Shown: positions 1-12,800 of the stretch, piece after piece | Layout of the letters: the number at the start of each line of letters is the position of its first letter | Position numbering within the stretch: position 1 is the first letter of the stretch | Source of the DNA: Takakia lepidozioides | Lineage: Eukaryota > Plantae > Bryophyta | Length of the DNA stretch: 64,000 nucleotides | NCBI GenBank assembly: GCA_030704615.1 | Contig: CM060732.1 | Span: 52,638,001-52,702,000 of the forward strand | Direction of reading: 5' to 3' | Made by a program: the position numbers and the translations under genes | The notes under the pieces: generated by a model | What the model was told of the DNA's origin: nothing | Databases searched by the model: none | What the model saw: the letters and a program-made list of their open reading frames with translations, nothing else

Positions 1-327
1 ATCTATGCCGAGTTAGAGAGATTGACAACCCAGATGGAGGAGGCGGGCTATGTGCCTGACACCCACTTCGCGTTGCATGATGTGGATGAGCAGCATAAGG
101 AACAGGCTCTTTGCCACCACAGTGAAAAACTGGCCATTGCTTTTGGGCTAATCAGCACGCCCCCTGGGACACCCATCCACATAATTAAAAACCTTCGGGT
201 ATGTGGCGATTGTCACAGTGCCACCAAGTTCATTTCCAATATTGTGGGGCGAGAAATTGTCACAAGGGATGCTAACCGCTTTCATCACTTCAAGAATGGG
301 GTGTGTTCTTGTGGAGACTATTGGTAA
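1..327 (+). CDS. 3' end (E+/DYW domain) of a PLS-DYW PPR RNA-editing factor, truncated by the window start
   Basis: Frame 1 encodes GYVPD...HSEKLA...[10 protein letters not shown]...[14 protein letters not shown]-stop; closely similar to the C-terminus of the PPR gene at 13150-13475. Confidence 0.95.
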   Translation: MYAELERLTTQMEEAGYVPDTHFALHDVDEQHKEQALCHHSEKLAIAFGLISTPPGTPIHIIKNLRVCGDCHSATKFISNIVGREIVTRDANRFHHFKNGVCSCGDYW

Positions 328-1945
328 TGAGTGAAACAACTGTTGATAATCTGTCTGTAATCTCGCTCTATCCAGGTGCCGACCACGTGGTTAAGGCCTG
401 GAAGGCTGCTGAATGTCTGGTTCAGTACAGCATAGCAAAAGGGTCTTCATTAACTTCACTTAAAGGGGCTGGTGCAAGAGAGTCTGGCCACATTTACCGA
501 CAGACACAGACGTTTGGGTTTGGGTTCATGTTGCCAAAACTGTTATCTGCATGCAGGACTATTGCGATAAATGTTGGCCGCAAGAATACCAAAGATAGCT
601 CAACAGTAATGGTTGACATCTCCCACAACATTGCTGCCTAGGCGTCTACTTGCCACCCAACTGACATCAGAAAGCCTTCTACCTGTTTGCAGTCTCTTAG
701 AATAAAGGGGCTAGTGTCAAACTGCGCTTCCCAACAAATTCTGGAAGCATAGGTGCAACCCAGAAACAAGAGTGTGTGGTAGCCTATCGGACATCCTTCA
801 TTCTCATGCACAGGGCTCCCATGTTGACCTGCTTTTAAATCTTAAAAAAAACCGCAGTTGCTGCTCTATGAGCCAGTTCCTAGAAAATTCTAATGGTCAA
901 CAGTGGAGGTTTGAAGCACGGGCAGACTGTTCTCTGCAACTAGAGAACATGAAGTTGGGGCATAGAGAGGAGAGTCAAGCCCAATGAATTTGACTTGAAT
1001 TGACGCACCTGCACTTGCTCACAATTGCTCCAGATCTGAATGAAGCTGAACTGCAATTTGCCTTTTCACCCAGAACCGTCTGTGCTGCAGCGAGGACAAT
1101 CGGCATGTGAGTGCATTGTTTAAGAGGGGCAACTGAAGGAAATTGTGTGGATTCTCGGTCTCTGGGAGAAATGGGGCATTGCGGAATATTTGGGAACCTA
1201 CTTCCGCCCATTGCAAGATTGTGCTAAGCTTGGAACAGGGCAAACTGCTTTGTGCTGACATCATCAACAGTACATCAACGGTTCTCCTAAACTTTATTCC
1301 TATGTGGAGTCAAACGAAGGACTCGGAGTTGTAAAGCGGAGAAGGGCCAAAAAGTCAATAATCTGAGAGCTCTGAAGCTCTCAGAATGGAAAGGTCAAGA
1401 GTCCACATTACCGCAATTGGCTGATTGAAACAAAAAGATTGCAAAGCTGTGGACCAACTGACTGCATTTCCTTGTAAATTGATCATTGACAGCTCTTGAT
1501 CAAACCATTTTCTTACCAAACAGCTACCATGAAAGTCTGCTTCAGCTCACATAACCTTCCTTTATCCGGTTCTTACACCAGGGCCGTAATGACTGCATGT
1601 ATTTCTTGCATCAGGTGGAGGCTCATGCAAGCAACGGATGCACAACCAAAATGACCTCCAATGCTTTGCAAACCAGTGAATGTTAAGGTTCACTGATGGG
1701 AAAAACAATCATGACATAACATCTGTTGCAAGAAATTCACATTGTGAAGTGAAGAATCTCTTAAGTAGGTTAGTCCTGAAGACCACCTCAAGATGTTTCA
1801 CAAATAGATGCTGCCAGAGCAAAATTTAAGAACTACTATTGTGCATACACGACTAGGTTGTAAAACCTGTATCAGCTATAGGAGAGAAAGCTGGGCACAA
1901 TTCCGACAGAATTCAGCTCAAGATGTCTTCCCTACAAAAAAGGCC

Positions 1946-4900
1946 TCAGAAACGGGAATCATCACGACCGAAAAAAAATGTAATAGCCCAATTTACAGCA
2001 ACATACAAGCGGTTGCGCCAGCTGATCACCCGTGTTAAGTAGGCGGATCGCCATATTATCCAGCTTATAAACCCTGTCAATGACAATCCTCTTTTGTCCT
2101 GTACACAACCTCTTTATAAACCAAATTAGACAGTGGTCCCCAGCTTCGATGGACATTGATAACAGAATTTGCAAACATGGCAGCAGAAAGTGAGAAAGCC
2201 TATCAAACATTGAAGGTATCTGTAGCCTTTGTGATATCCTTCTGAGATACACTGAACATGGAGATGCCACAATACATAGCAGGACAGTCTACTCTGCTGC
2301 AGAATGTAACAATAGCAAACAGATCGAGAATATAGTACCTTGCTCTCACGCAAGTCCACTAAAGCTTTATAGCGTCCCACAGTTGCCATGCTGCCCAAAT
2401 GCCTGTATACAAATGGCTCTGTTGTTATTGCGTCAGTTGCCTTGCCAGCTTTTCCTGCACTTGGTGCCAAGTTATTCAGAGACTTTGCCACATATCTGCC
2501 TTGTCTCTCTGCAGCCTGCAACCCATCCCATCACTTCCTCATCTTCTACAATGGTTTGCACATAAAATTGAGAGAGCTGATAGAGAGCAGGTTGCCATTC
2601 ATGTGGCCAAATTGCAACCAGCAGCACTGACCTGGGCCAGAGCAGGAAGCACAGGCTTGCCAGTGCTTTCGAGATATCCGGCACAATCGCCAATAGCATA
2701 CACATCTTGTACACTTGGCACCCTTAAAAATTGATCCACGCCAATTCTGCAATGACAACAGCATAAAACAAGGGACTGACTGTGATGGAGATGTTGCACA
2801 TTGAAATGCTGTGCAGATCTTTTCAATACTAATAAAAAGAAGAAAGAAATTCATAACATCCACAGAGGGCCACAAGGGCTTATTGGATAGGGTAGAACAG
2901 ACCGAGAAATACTTCAAGATACATCATGTCCTGAAGACGAAGTGCCTGATAGTCGTGAGGCACTTTGGATTCTTCAAAGCCTCTACTAAAGATTGGAACT
3001 CTCAGATAGGGCCCACCCCCGAAAGGGGGCAGTAGCCGCAAGGTGAAGTGGCTCTTAGTTACGCCGGTCCTCCGACCGGAGTCTTCTCTCTTTCTCTGGA
3101 ACTCTCAAACAACACTAGGATGTCCCTTGGATCTCATGGTATGCAGGACAGGAAAAGAAAAAGTGGTGCTCTGTTTCCACTTCCTGCATTATGCCGACCG
3201 GGAAGATTGTAGCCTCTCGCTTTTTGAGCTGGATAGGTGACAAAAGTATACTAAATACCACACTTGTTGCCATCACTCACCACAAACCTGTTCTGCAATG
3301 GCTAGGAAACACACTACTACACTAACAGTTGTTGACAGAGGATGAAAAAGTGAGGAGGGTGCACCTTGCACCAGGGGACTTGGGGAAAGCTAAGGAGCGC
3401 ACAAATGGAGATGCTCCAACACCTGTTGACCAAACCAGCAGCCCATACGGCAACTCCGTCCCATCAGTGAGCACAATTTTGTCTGAGAAGACATTCTTGA
3501 CAACTCCTCGGACCAGCTTTACTCCACTCTGCAAACACATTCACAAGTAAGTATCTCTCTGTCTCTGCCAACTGTGGACATTATGAAGTCCCTTCCTTTT
3601 TTTGTTTCTTTGCCTATCACACAAATAGAAACTGCCCTTCTTTTGAAGGACCCTAGAATGAAGTCTACTTATGGTGGGGAAATGGGTATAATTGTAGATA
3701 GTACACACCCCTCAGGAACGCATGCTCTTGAAAGTTGCCAGTTATACAGCGTATCATATTTGCCTGACAGCAAGTTAGAAACTACCCAGTACCTTTGTGA
3801 GGTGATTGGTTGCATACTCCCTAAGCCGCACGTCAAATGATGACAAGATCTCATTTGCCTGCCAAAGGCCATAACCATCATCTTCAAATGGGCTTAAAAT
3901 TTAAAATATATGATGCACAAACTCTATATGAATGATAAACAATCCCATAGCAGATCTGAGCTCCTAAAAATTGATGTGGGACAAAAGGGGGGTGGCAGGC
4001 GGTGGGGGCGGGGGAGAGAGATTGTACTCATAAGGCGTTATTTTCTGTCTCCTTGTGGCTATAGACTCCATGCCAGATTTGGGCGGAACAGAGAGAGAAA
4101 GTGAGAGAGAGAATGTACTCATAAGACGTAAAGTGTGAGAGAGAGAGAGGGAGAGAGGCTAGCCATGGGTTGACAGGGAAACCACCAACTCATCAAATCA
4201 TCAGCTTGCTCCTTCAGAGTATCCATGAACTATTCAAGATACACACACGTCATCTATCTTTTAAAACAAGAGCACTTAATTAGATTAAGTATGAGGTAAT
4301 AATGCTGCCTTCCAAGACTACCTGAGAATGCTAGAGAAGCTTTTACAGGAGCATTCAGACTAATGAGGGGGATGGCAGTTGACCTCAATCAGAGTGACCC
4401 GGATTAAACTTTTCACATGGCCAAACTTGCGGTGGACGTCACGCTGGATGAAGTCACTAAGCTCACCACTGAACTCCACCCCAGTAGGACCACCCCCTAC
4501 TACCACACAATGTAATAGTCTTGACTTCTCCGCCCCTGAGGTCCCTGCAATCCTTTTAAAAACATTGTCTTTGTCAATGAGGCTCTAAGAACATTCACAC
4601 CACAAGAAGAACAATCTTTGGTTACTCTGGGGCAATGTAATGCTCAAAAGCTTTTCTCTGGGCACAGCAAAAGGAATGTGCTCTGCATGCTAGCTATGCT
4701 CACTATGGATACTGGCTGCACCTTAGGTGCTATTTGGTTTCTCCTACTTGGATATTCCAAGCTTGCAAGTCTCTCACTTGGCAAGCATCCAAGAATCTTC
4801 AGCCAGCATGCCCTGATTAATGAGGCGTGCAGCCAAAATACCCTCATGGAACAGACGATTGACTGGCACTTCCCTTGAATGGTGACAGTTACACTGAGAG

Positions 4901-6772
4901 ATGATGTTACCAGACATTGCCTATACACCAAGTTGAATGGAGGAGAAAATGCAGGAGAGGGAGGATGGGGAGAGGAAAAGAGAAGAATCCGGGGTAACAC
5001 CATAGTGGAAGCCTTATGGGATTGAATTTCAAAAAACAAACGGCTAATCGAATAATGACATCTCAAAGGAGCAAGTAATGATATGACCAATCTAATGTGA
5101 AGTAGAAGACAATTGTGAGACCTTGCGTCAAAACTCTAGTGTAGTTTCTCTTTCCAATTTCGACATGATGCATCATCATTGAGCCAATCAAGCAATTAAA
5201 ACACAAAGTGCAGTCATACTGCTACTAGACCAAATCGGATCACAATGTGGAAGCTAAGTGCCTTTTAGCCAGCCTTGTACTGGGACAGATAACCTTCTGA
5301 GATGCCCTATGTATGGGACACTACCTACCTCTTGCAACAAGTAGGGAGGTCCACAATTCTAAAATAGAGAAAGAATGAAGAAAGGATTCAATTATGTCCA
5401 CGGGCGGAAACAAAAAGAGGTTATTCTCACAATCAGGGTTGAAAAATATACAGACAGATTGCATCGATGTTTACCAAACCAATGAGGGAATAGAAAGAAA
5501 AGGAAAACAGGACGGAGAGAAAGAAAACACACCTGGAATTTCACAGATCATAAGGTTCAGTAGCAGCTTGGTTCGAATATCTCTTGCATTTTCTACATCT
5601 CGAAGGAAAAGTGCATGCTCATGCACCCCCTTAATGCCAAAAGTTGAGGCCTCTGCCCCTGATGCTATCACCAGCTTGTCATAAGCAACAACAAATGCGC
5701 CTCCAGTCTTCCCACCTTCCTCATTCAGCACCGCTTCACAGTACACCTACTTTTCAAATTTCTGATTAATTTGAAAAGGAGCGACAAATCCGATTGAGTT
5801 AGAAAGGAGAACTGGTTAGATGTTGCCCACAGGTGCTATGGAGGTAGAAACCTCTGCATGGCTCCAGTGAAATCCTCCTCCTGCTGTCCCAGGTTAGACA
5901 AAGTTCTCTCTCCATATAGATCTTCCTTTACTCAGATAGGGATTAGGCTGCCTCCCCCACTTTCTGCTTGGCACCCTCTATTCTCCATTCTGCAGGTTTT
6001 GTTACTACTTGCACAAGAGGGTGCAATTTGAAAATTTGATGATCTACCAAGTCCCTTGAGTTAGAAAGTGGTTGTACGCTTTCTCATTGCTCATGGGGTT
6101 GGAGTAACATGAGTTTTAGCAAGTTTGTTCATAGATTTTGTGGTCACTGGTCCATGAGCTGGCTGAACATTTAGCGATCTAAAATGTCAGGGAGCAGGGT
6201 CAAAAAGGTGATACCTCGTGTGAATCTGTGTCGATGGAAGTGCAGCGGGCAGGAAAGTAGAAGGAATCCGGGGCAAGAGACAAGGCCGGCTGGATGCTCC
6301 GCACAGGCTCTGCCACAGAGCGGAATTCCAGCGTCCCAACACATGTGGATGCCAACAAGGGCGTGAACACCATGTGATTGCGTGGTGATATGCATACCAC
6401 ATCATACATATCTGTATTGAGGTCCTTGAGCACCCGGCATGCCCCCCATCCCGTTCCCACCACCACTACTCGCGGCTTTTGTTTTGCCGGTGTAGGTCCT
6501 AAAACAGGGATTCCTCTTGAATCATGAGTCACAGACTCCTGGCCAGTGGGTTGTTGCGGAGCGTTGCCATGATTATGGCGCATATGAGAATAACAATGAC
6601 CATGAAGCCAGCTGCTGCACGATGTGGAGGGCAACAATTTGATGCGGGTGCTACCTGTGCAGTTCAGAAAGTCAATTCTCGAATTTTGAAGAACACCACC
6701 AGCATCGATCGGGCGTAATGTGGCTCTCACGGCCTGCCATAGGGGCCTAAACTTCATGCTACGAGACCACAT
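1946..6772 (-). CDS. NDA: Internal alternative (type II) NAD(P)H:ubiquinone oxidoreductase, NDA type, mitochondrial; 8 coding exons
   Basis: Exons with GT-AG borders at 6772-6215, 5746-5533, 4544-4384, 3858-3793, 3528-3365, 2746-2632, 2515-2339, 2098-1946. Motifs [79 protein letters not shown]; no EF-hand insert. Confidence 0.95.
2911..3250 (-). mobile_element. Degenerate 3' fragment of a second LINE family (RTE-X-like zinc finger plus structured 3' UTR) in an NDA intron
   Basis: Minus strand encodes [20 protein letters not shown] (C-terminal CCHC-type region), followed by three hairpins: CCGGTCggagGACCGG, CCCCCtttcGGGGG, AAGTGCCT...AGGCACTT. Boundaries approximate. Confidence 0.55.
4021..4090 (-). 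mobile_element. ~70 bp 3'-end fragment of the TTATGAGTACA LINE family
   Basis: Similar to the terminal ~80 bp of the LINE at 20285-21470, flanked by GA-rich sequence. Confidence 0.7.
4113..4129 (-). mobile_element. 17 bp micro-insertion of the TTATGAGTACA LINE 3' end
   Basis: ATGTACTCATAAGACGT between imperfect direct repeats AAAGTGAGAGAGAGA / AAAGTGTGAGAGAGAGA. Confidence 0.65.
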
Positions 6773-7397
6773 GCCCAAACTCGTGCTACATAATCATCGC
6801 TGAGTGCGAGGAGTGGGTGTTTGATTTGATGCTCCAGTCGTGACCCTTGCTCGCATCATCAGTCTCCAAAGATATTCGTTGTCTCTCGAAAACTAAGAGA
6901 CAGCAGAAACAACAAGTGCCACATGCAGGGCTCCACCAAGTACGCTCCTGCTGCAGGTCAGACAAAGAGAACCAAAGGCAACAACGCCCTGGCTGTGAAA
7001 GAGATCCGGCTGCGCAGAACTCCTGCTATTGAAAGCATTGGGGAACTTGGAGCTTTAAACTCCATCTCTCGTAGCCCTCAAAAATGGGTCCATGTTTTCT
7101 CAAGTGCTTCTGAAAGAAGCAGCACGTTCTGGTGAACTGGAAGCTTTTCTGAATTTGCGTAACCGGGACTTTGGAGAATCTCATGCATTGCGATCGCATT
7201 CATGCTCTCCTTGTTGTTTCGTAGATGATCTGCAGTGTGGCGGTCTGCAGGGGTGCGAAAGGACCCTGTTTGCCCCTTGGTCGTCTGCATGTCATAGCAA
7301 GTTCTGCATTGTCCCTTGGGGTCTGTGCCCAAACGAGGTTCTCAATGTAGCTCCGAAGAACTCGCCACTTCACAGGCCAAACCGTACGATGCTTCTC

Positions 7398-8492
7398 GTG
7401 CCGGGCACATGCGCAGTTCGCTGCACTCTAAGCGGCGGCTGGATGTGGTGGGCCCCGCCAGCGGCTGCAGCCTGGGCGGTCCCTGCTTCCAAGGGGGCAG
7501 CCCCCGCGGGTGGGCACATGGCACGGAATTCTACCCCCGGGGCGGAATAAGAGTTACTAATGAATAAAGGCCCATTTGGTCAATAAAATATGGTGAGCTT
7601 GAGAATTACCTCCAAGCAAGCTAGGGTTTGAGGATTAGGGTATGGGGTTTTGGTTGGATGGTGGTTTACATCGGAGGCTAAGTTAATTTGAGAAGGATTT
7701 GTAGGTGATCATGGAGGATGTTGAACTTGTTATTGTACTTTGTGTTCTTTTTTGTTCCAAGAGGGTCTTTCCATCATTCCAAAAAAAGGAAAACAACTCT
7801 TATACTTCCCAGGTAGGTCAAAATGGCCAGCCCTATACCAGGTGCTCCCATTTCACCACAAAAAGATATTTTACAATTCTTTACAATTCTTTCAAGTAGA
7901 GAGTGTTCATGATCAAGTTAACTACTACCCATACCAACTACCCTCATTCAATTCCTACTTTTTGACAAAGATTGGCACCTATTTTTCCAATGAACACACA
8001 AGTGGTTAGCATAGAGGTTGTTAAAAATGGCCAACCCCATATCAGGTGCTCCCATCTCATTGGATTCCCACATCATGAGAAAAAATGGCAAGAGCGTAGG
8101 AGAATGAGAATCTTCATCGAGCATTTGCAAAAATGAGCTTGGCAAACTCTCATCACCCATCTTGAGCACTTCCTCTTAATTGCAACCTCACACTTGTATG
8201 TAACAAGCACCTCCAAAAATTGATCCAAGCTTCTCCTCTTTTTTAGTATAGTGAAAACCCTTTCTAGCCATATGACCCTAACCACAGTACAAAGTCGGTG
8301 GCGCAGTAATAATTATTTATTTTACCAGGGTTTTAGGTGAAAACAGGGCCATTAGTTACCGCAGGTGCTTCCGTGGGGGCGCATCCTTCCCTAGGCGGCT
8401 CGCCTGCCCCGCGAGGCCCCACGTCCTTGGCTGCCCCCGCGCGCAGCCTGGGCGGCTCTTTTGGGGCCCGATTTGGCTCATGTGCCCGGCAC
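7398..8492. mobile_element. Non-autonomous TIR element (1095 bp) with 14-bp perfect TIRs and a 5-bp TSD
   Basis: TIR GTGCCGGGCACATG (7398-7411) / CATGTGCCCGGCAC (8479-8492); TTCTC on both sides (7393-7397, 8493-8497); GC-rich subtermini, AT-rich core, internal ~34-bp direct repeat near 7821 and 8024. Confidence 0.75.
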
Positions 8493-9812
8493 TTCTCTCT
8501 CATGTCTAGCTCCGGGGTCGAGGGGCCATCATTGTATCACAAGTTTAGGAGTTTTGTGTAGTGGGTATCTTTTGAGAGACCTCTTCGCGATGAAGAGTTG
8601 GGGAGGCAAGGTGTCCCGATCGTGTCCATAGGCACTGCCTGGCTATACCGGGTAGAGAAGGAAGACAGAGGGGGCACAATCAACGAAGACCCCTATCAGG
8701 TTCAAGCAGCTCAAGCAGCTCAATGTACTTGATTTCTAGCGATTAACAGCTTCCCAGAAGTACGGACGTGGACTCATTCAATCGCTCTGGCTGACGAAGG
8801 TAAAGAGAGTAAAAGATTTGATGGGCAGGTATTGTCGAGACGGGAATGTTTGCGTAGATTACACTACAAGAAAACGACAATGAGATATCAAGGTTTCAAC
8901 TTCTCATGGAAGTCTAAAGATGTTGACATTCTGTGCACGAAAGTCCTCCTGTTCAATCATAATCAGATGATTATATACTATACAACTAACGGTCTCGAAT
9001 GCTATGTGTGACAGGTCTGCACGCTTATGTCGGATTTGGATACACTTTTCCATTTGCCTACACCAAGAAGTTTTGTACATTCCGAGTCTGCCTATGATGT
9101 GCAGAAACATTTTCTGCAAAGAAGTCACGGTCCGTCAACTTGGGTTTCTGGCTGACAAGATTGCCTGTATCAGTGTGCGTGCTCACCTGCAATAAGACAT
9201 CCAGGAGTTCCAGAGTGTTTTTGTATGATCTATATCGATGATTGACATGGACGCAATGACGCCTCGCACTATGGACAACCCAAGCAGTTATGAGAGGAGA
9301 GGACTGGCCCTCCCGGTGGACCTAGCTAGAAAATTCAAAACAGAAATTGAACAAGCGAGACGAGCACACAAATCCCTGGCGCTCTAAACCGTAGCCCTAA
9401 CCCTTGGAGTGCTGGATGTGCCATTTCCTTTGGACGAGGGAGCGTTAGAACACAGCGGGCACTGTTTCCTGAGAGAAAGGTTGGTTGGTCGATCTTAACT
9501 TCTCTTCTTCCCTAGTATTTCTTCATATCGATCTCTCTGTCCCCTCCATTTGTCGTCATTTTTCTTGGACTATTTGGAAACCATCAGGTGCATTGGAATC
9601 TTCTTCTTAGATTGGAACCTAACTGAGCGGTTTACAAAAGATCACACAGGCGATCGCTTTGATTATCTGTGTTGGAAAGCATTGTAAGAGAGCACAAAGA
9701 AGGACGTCTATCATGCCAAATTCTACTGCTTTCCGCACGAGTGCAACCTTTTCCTGCACAGGAAGGACGACCTGTCCTACGCCTGTGGATCATCTGTGGC
9801 AAGATAGTAACG

Positions 9813-12800
9813 ATGTCGCCTCGGATGGTCGAAAGGGGGAAGTGTGCGCTCAAAACGTTGTGCTCAAGACACTCTTTTTGGTCATTTGCGGTGGAGTTTC
9901 CGGTGAGGAATCAGATTCGGTTCTTTGTCGGGACTCAGAGTCGTGGTGTGGACATTAGTCTTGGCAAGGCCACCACCACCATTGCTTCAAATAGAGAGCG
10001 AAGGAAGAGAACAGGTGTGAAGGGAAGCACTTGTGTAACTAGGATGGACGTCATCGACAAAGAGGAACAATTGAAGGACGTAGTGCGCATTCTAGATATC
10101 CAGGAGCTACAAGGTTTGCAGGCATACTCCGATACTTGTGCTAGTCTCTTGCAAGGGTGTGCGAAGATGCAAGCTATGGCAGTTGGCAAGAGGGTCCATG
10201 CCCACATCAAGAAAACTGGATTCAAATCACTCATCTTCTTAGGTAACAGTCTTATCACCATGTATTGCAAGTGTGGCAGCGTGGTGGATGCCCGTCAAGT
10301 GTTTGATGAAATGCCAATTCGGGATGTGGTTTCATGGAATGCAATGATTGCGGGATTTGCTCAGCATGGACATGGTGAAGAGGCATTTGATCTCTTTGAA
10401 CAGATGCAAAAAGAAGGTATAAGGTTAGACAAGGTCACCTTCATAAGTATACTCAAGGCCTGTTCCAGCCCGGCAGCTCTCGAGCAGGGCAGGCAGCTCC
10501 ATCCAGCCATCATCAAAGCTGGATTTGCCGCAGATGTCCGAGTGGGGACTGCTCTTGTCAGCATGTACTGCAAGTGCGGCAGTGTGGTGGATGCACGCCA
10601 AGTATTTGACAAAATGCCTGAACGAAATGTGGTCTCTTGGAATGCGATGATTGCAGGATATGCCCAGCATGGGTATGCTGAAGAGCTATTCCATCTCTAT
10701 GAGCTAATGCAACGAGAAGAGATGAAACCAGACAGGATCACCTTCATGTCTATCCTCAATGCATGCACCAGCCCAACAGCTGTGGGACATGGCAAGCGGC
10801 TCCTAGATATCATGGAGCAACAAAGCTTTTTGGCATATTCTGTGACCTCTGTTCGTCTCTTGCAAGGGTGCGCTAAGACAAAAGCGCTGGCAGCTGGCAA
10901 GGAAGTGCATGCTCACATCATTAAAACTGGATTCCAATTAGACGGTCATCTAGGAAACAGTCTTGTCACTATGTATTGCAAGTGTGGGAGTGTGGTGGAT
11001 GCCCAGCAAGTGTTTGACCGAATGCCTACACGAGATGTGATCACATGGAATGCAATGATTGCGGGATGTGCTCAGCAAGGGCATGTTGAAGAGGCATTTG
11101 ACCTCTTCCAGAAGATGCAACAAGAAGGCATGGAGTCAGACAAGGTCACTTTCGTTAGCATCCTCAAGGCATGTTCCAGCCCAGCAGCTCTGGAACAGGG
11201 CCGGCAACTCCATGCAGACATCATCAAGGTGGGATTTGAGTCAGATGTCCGAGTTGGAACTGCCCTTCTCAGCATGTACTGCAAGTGTGGGAGTGTGGGG
11301 GATGCCCGCCAACTGTTTGACAATATGCCTGAACGAAATGTGGTATCATGGAATGCAATGATTGCAGGATATGCTCAGCATGGGCATGGTGCAGAGGCAG
11401 TTCATCTCTATCAGCAAATGCAAGGAGAAGACATGAAGGCAGACAGGATCACCTTCATGTGCATCCTCAATTCCTGCGTCAGCCCAGCAGCTCTGGAACA
11501 GGGCAAACAGCTCCATGAGGGTGTCATAAAAGCTGGATTTGAGACTGATGCCAATGTGGCCAATGCCCTTGTCAGCATGTATTGCAAGTGTGGGAGTGTG
11601 GTGGATGCCCGGCAAGTGTTTGACAAAATGCCTGAACGAAATGTGGTCTCATGGAATGCATTGATTGCAGGATTAGCTCAGCAAGGACATGGTGAAGAGG
11701 CATTTCATCTCTTTCAGCAGATGCAACGAGAAGACATGACGCCAGACAGCATTACCTTCATGTGCATCCTGAATGCATGCACCAGCCCAGCAGCTCTGGA
11801 ACAGGGAAAGGCGCTCCATGTGACTGTCATCAAAGCTGGATTTGAGTCAGATGTTTATTTGTGTAATGCCCTTATCAGCATGTATTGCAAGTGTGGCAGT
11901 GTGGTGGATGCCCGCCACGTGTTTGACAAAATGCTTACACGAGATGTGGTCTCATGGAATGCAATGATTGCAGGATCTGCTCAGCAAGGGCATGGTGAAG
12001 AGGCATTTATCCTCTTTCAGCAGATGCAACAAGAAGGCATGAAGTCAGACAAGGTCACCTTCATTAGCATCCTCCATGCGTGCGACAGCCCAGCAGCTCT
12101 GGAACAGGGCAAGCAGGTCCATGCTGGCATCATCAAAGGTGGATTTGAGTCTGATGTCCATGTGGGGAATGCACTAATCAGCATGTATTGCAAGTGTGGT
12201 AGTGTGGTGTATGCGCGCCAATTGTTTGACAAAATGTCTACCCGAGATTTGATCTCATGGAATGCAATGATTTCAGGATGTTTGCAGCAAGGGCATGGTG
12301 CAGTGGCATTAGAACTGTATCGGCACATGCAACAAGAAGGCATGAAGGCCGACAAGGTCACTTTTATTAGCATCCTTAATGCATGTGCCTCCCGAGCAGC
12401 CCTGGAAGAGGGTAAGTGTGTGCATGCCGATATCATCAGTTGTGGATCTCAGTCAGATGTCAGAGTGGCAAATGCCCTTGTTGACATGTATGCTAAGTGC
12501 GGGACCATGGACAACGCTAGGGAAGTGTTTGATAATATGTTTGAACGAGACCGTGTCTCATGGAATACAATAATTGTAGGATATGCTCAGCATGGGCGTA
12601 GCGAGGAGGCTCTCCAACTCTTTGATCAAATGCAAGGGGAAGGAGTGAAGCCAGACTACGTCACTTTTATTGGTGTTCTCTCTGCTTGCAGTCATGTGGG
12701 CTTAGTGGATGAAGGTAGCCTCTACTTCTGTTCCATGAGTCGAGATCATGGCATCACACCAACAGAGGAGCACTATGGCTGTGTTGTGGACCTTCTGGGC

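Noticed and set aside
2931-2975. CTGAAGA followed by a stem, resembling a hammerhead ribozyme core
   Set aside because: The required GAAA after stem II is missing (GATT) and no stems I/III were found
9669-9812. ORF-track N-terminal extension of the PPR protein, and similar extensions at 41135, 46501 and 21911
   Set aside because: They start at non-ATG codons; first in-frame ATGs or splice acceptors lie downstream
10656-12586. Additional GNATATNC matches in the PPR CDS and scattered elsewhere
   Set aside because: Explained by GGA-TAT-GC codons or background frequency; isolated and not in promoter position
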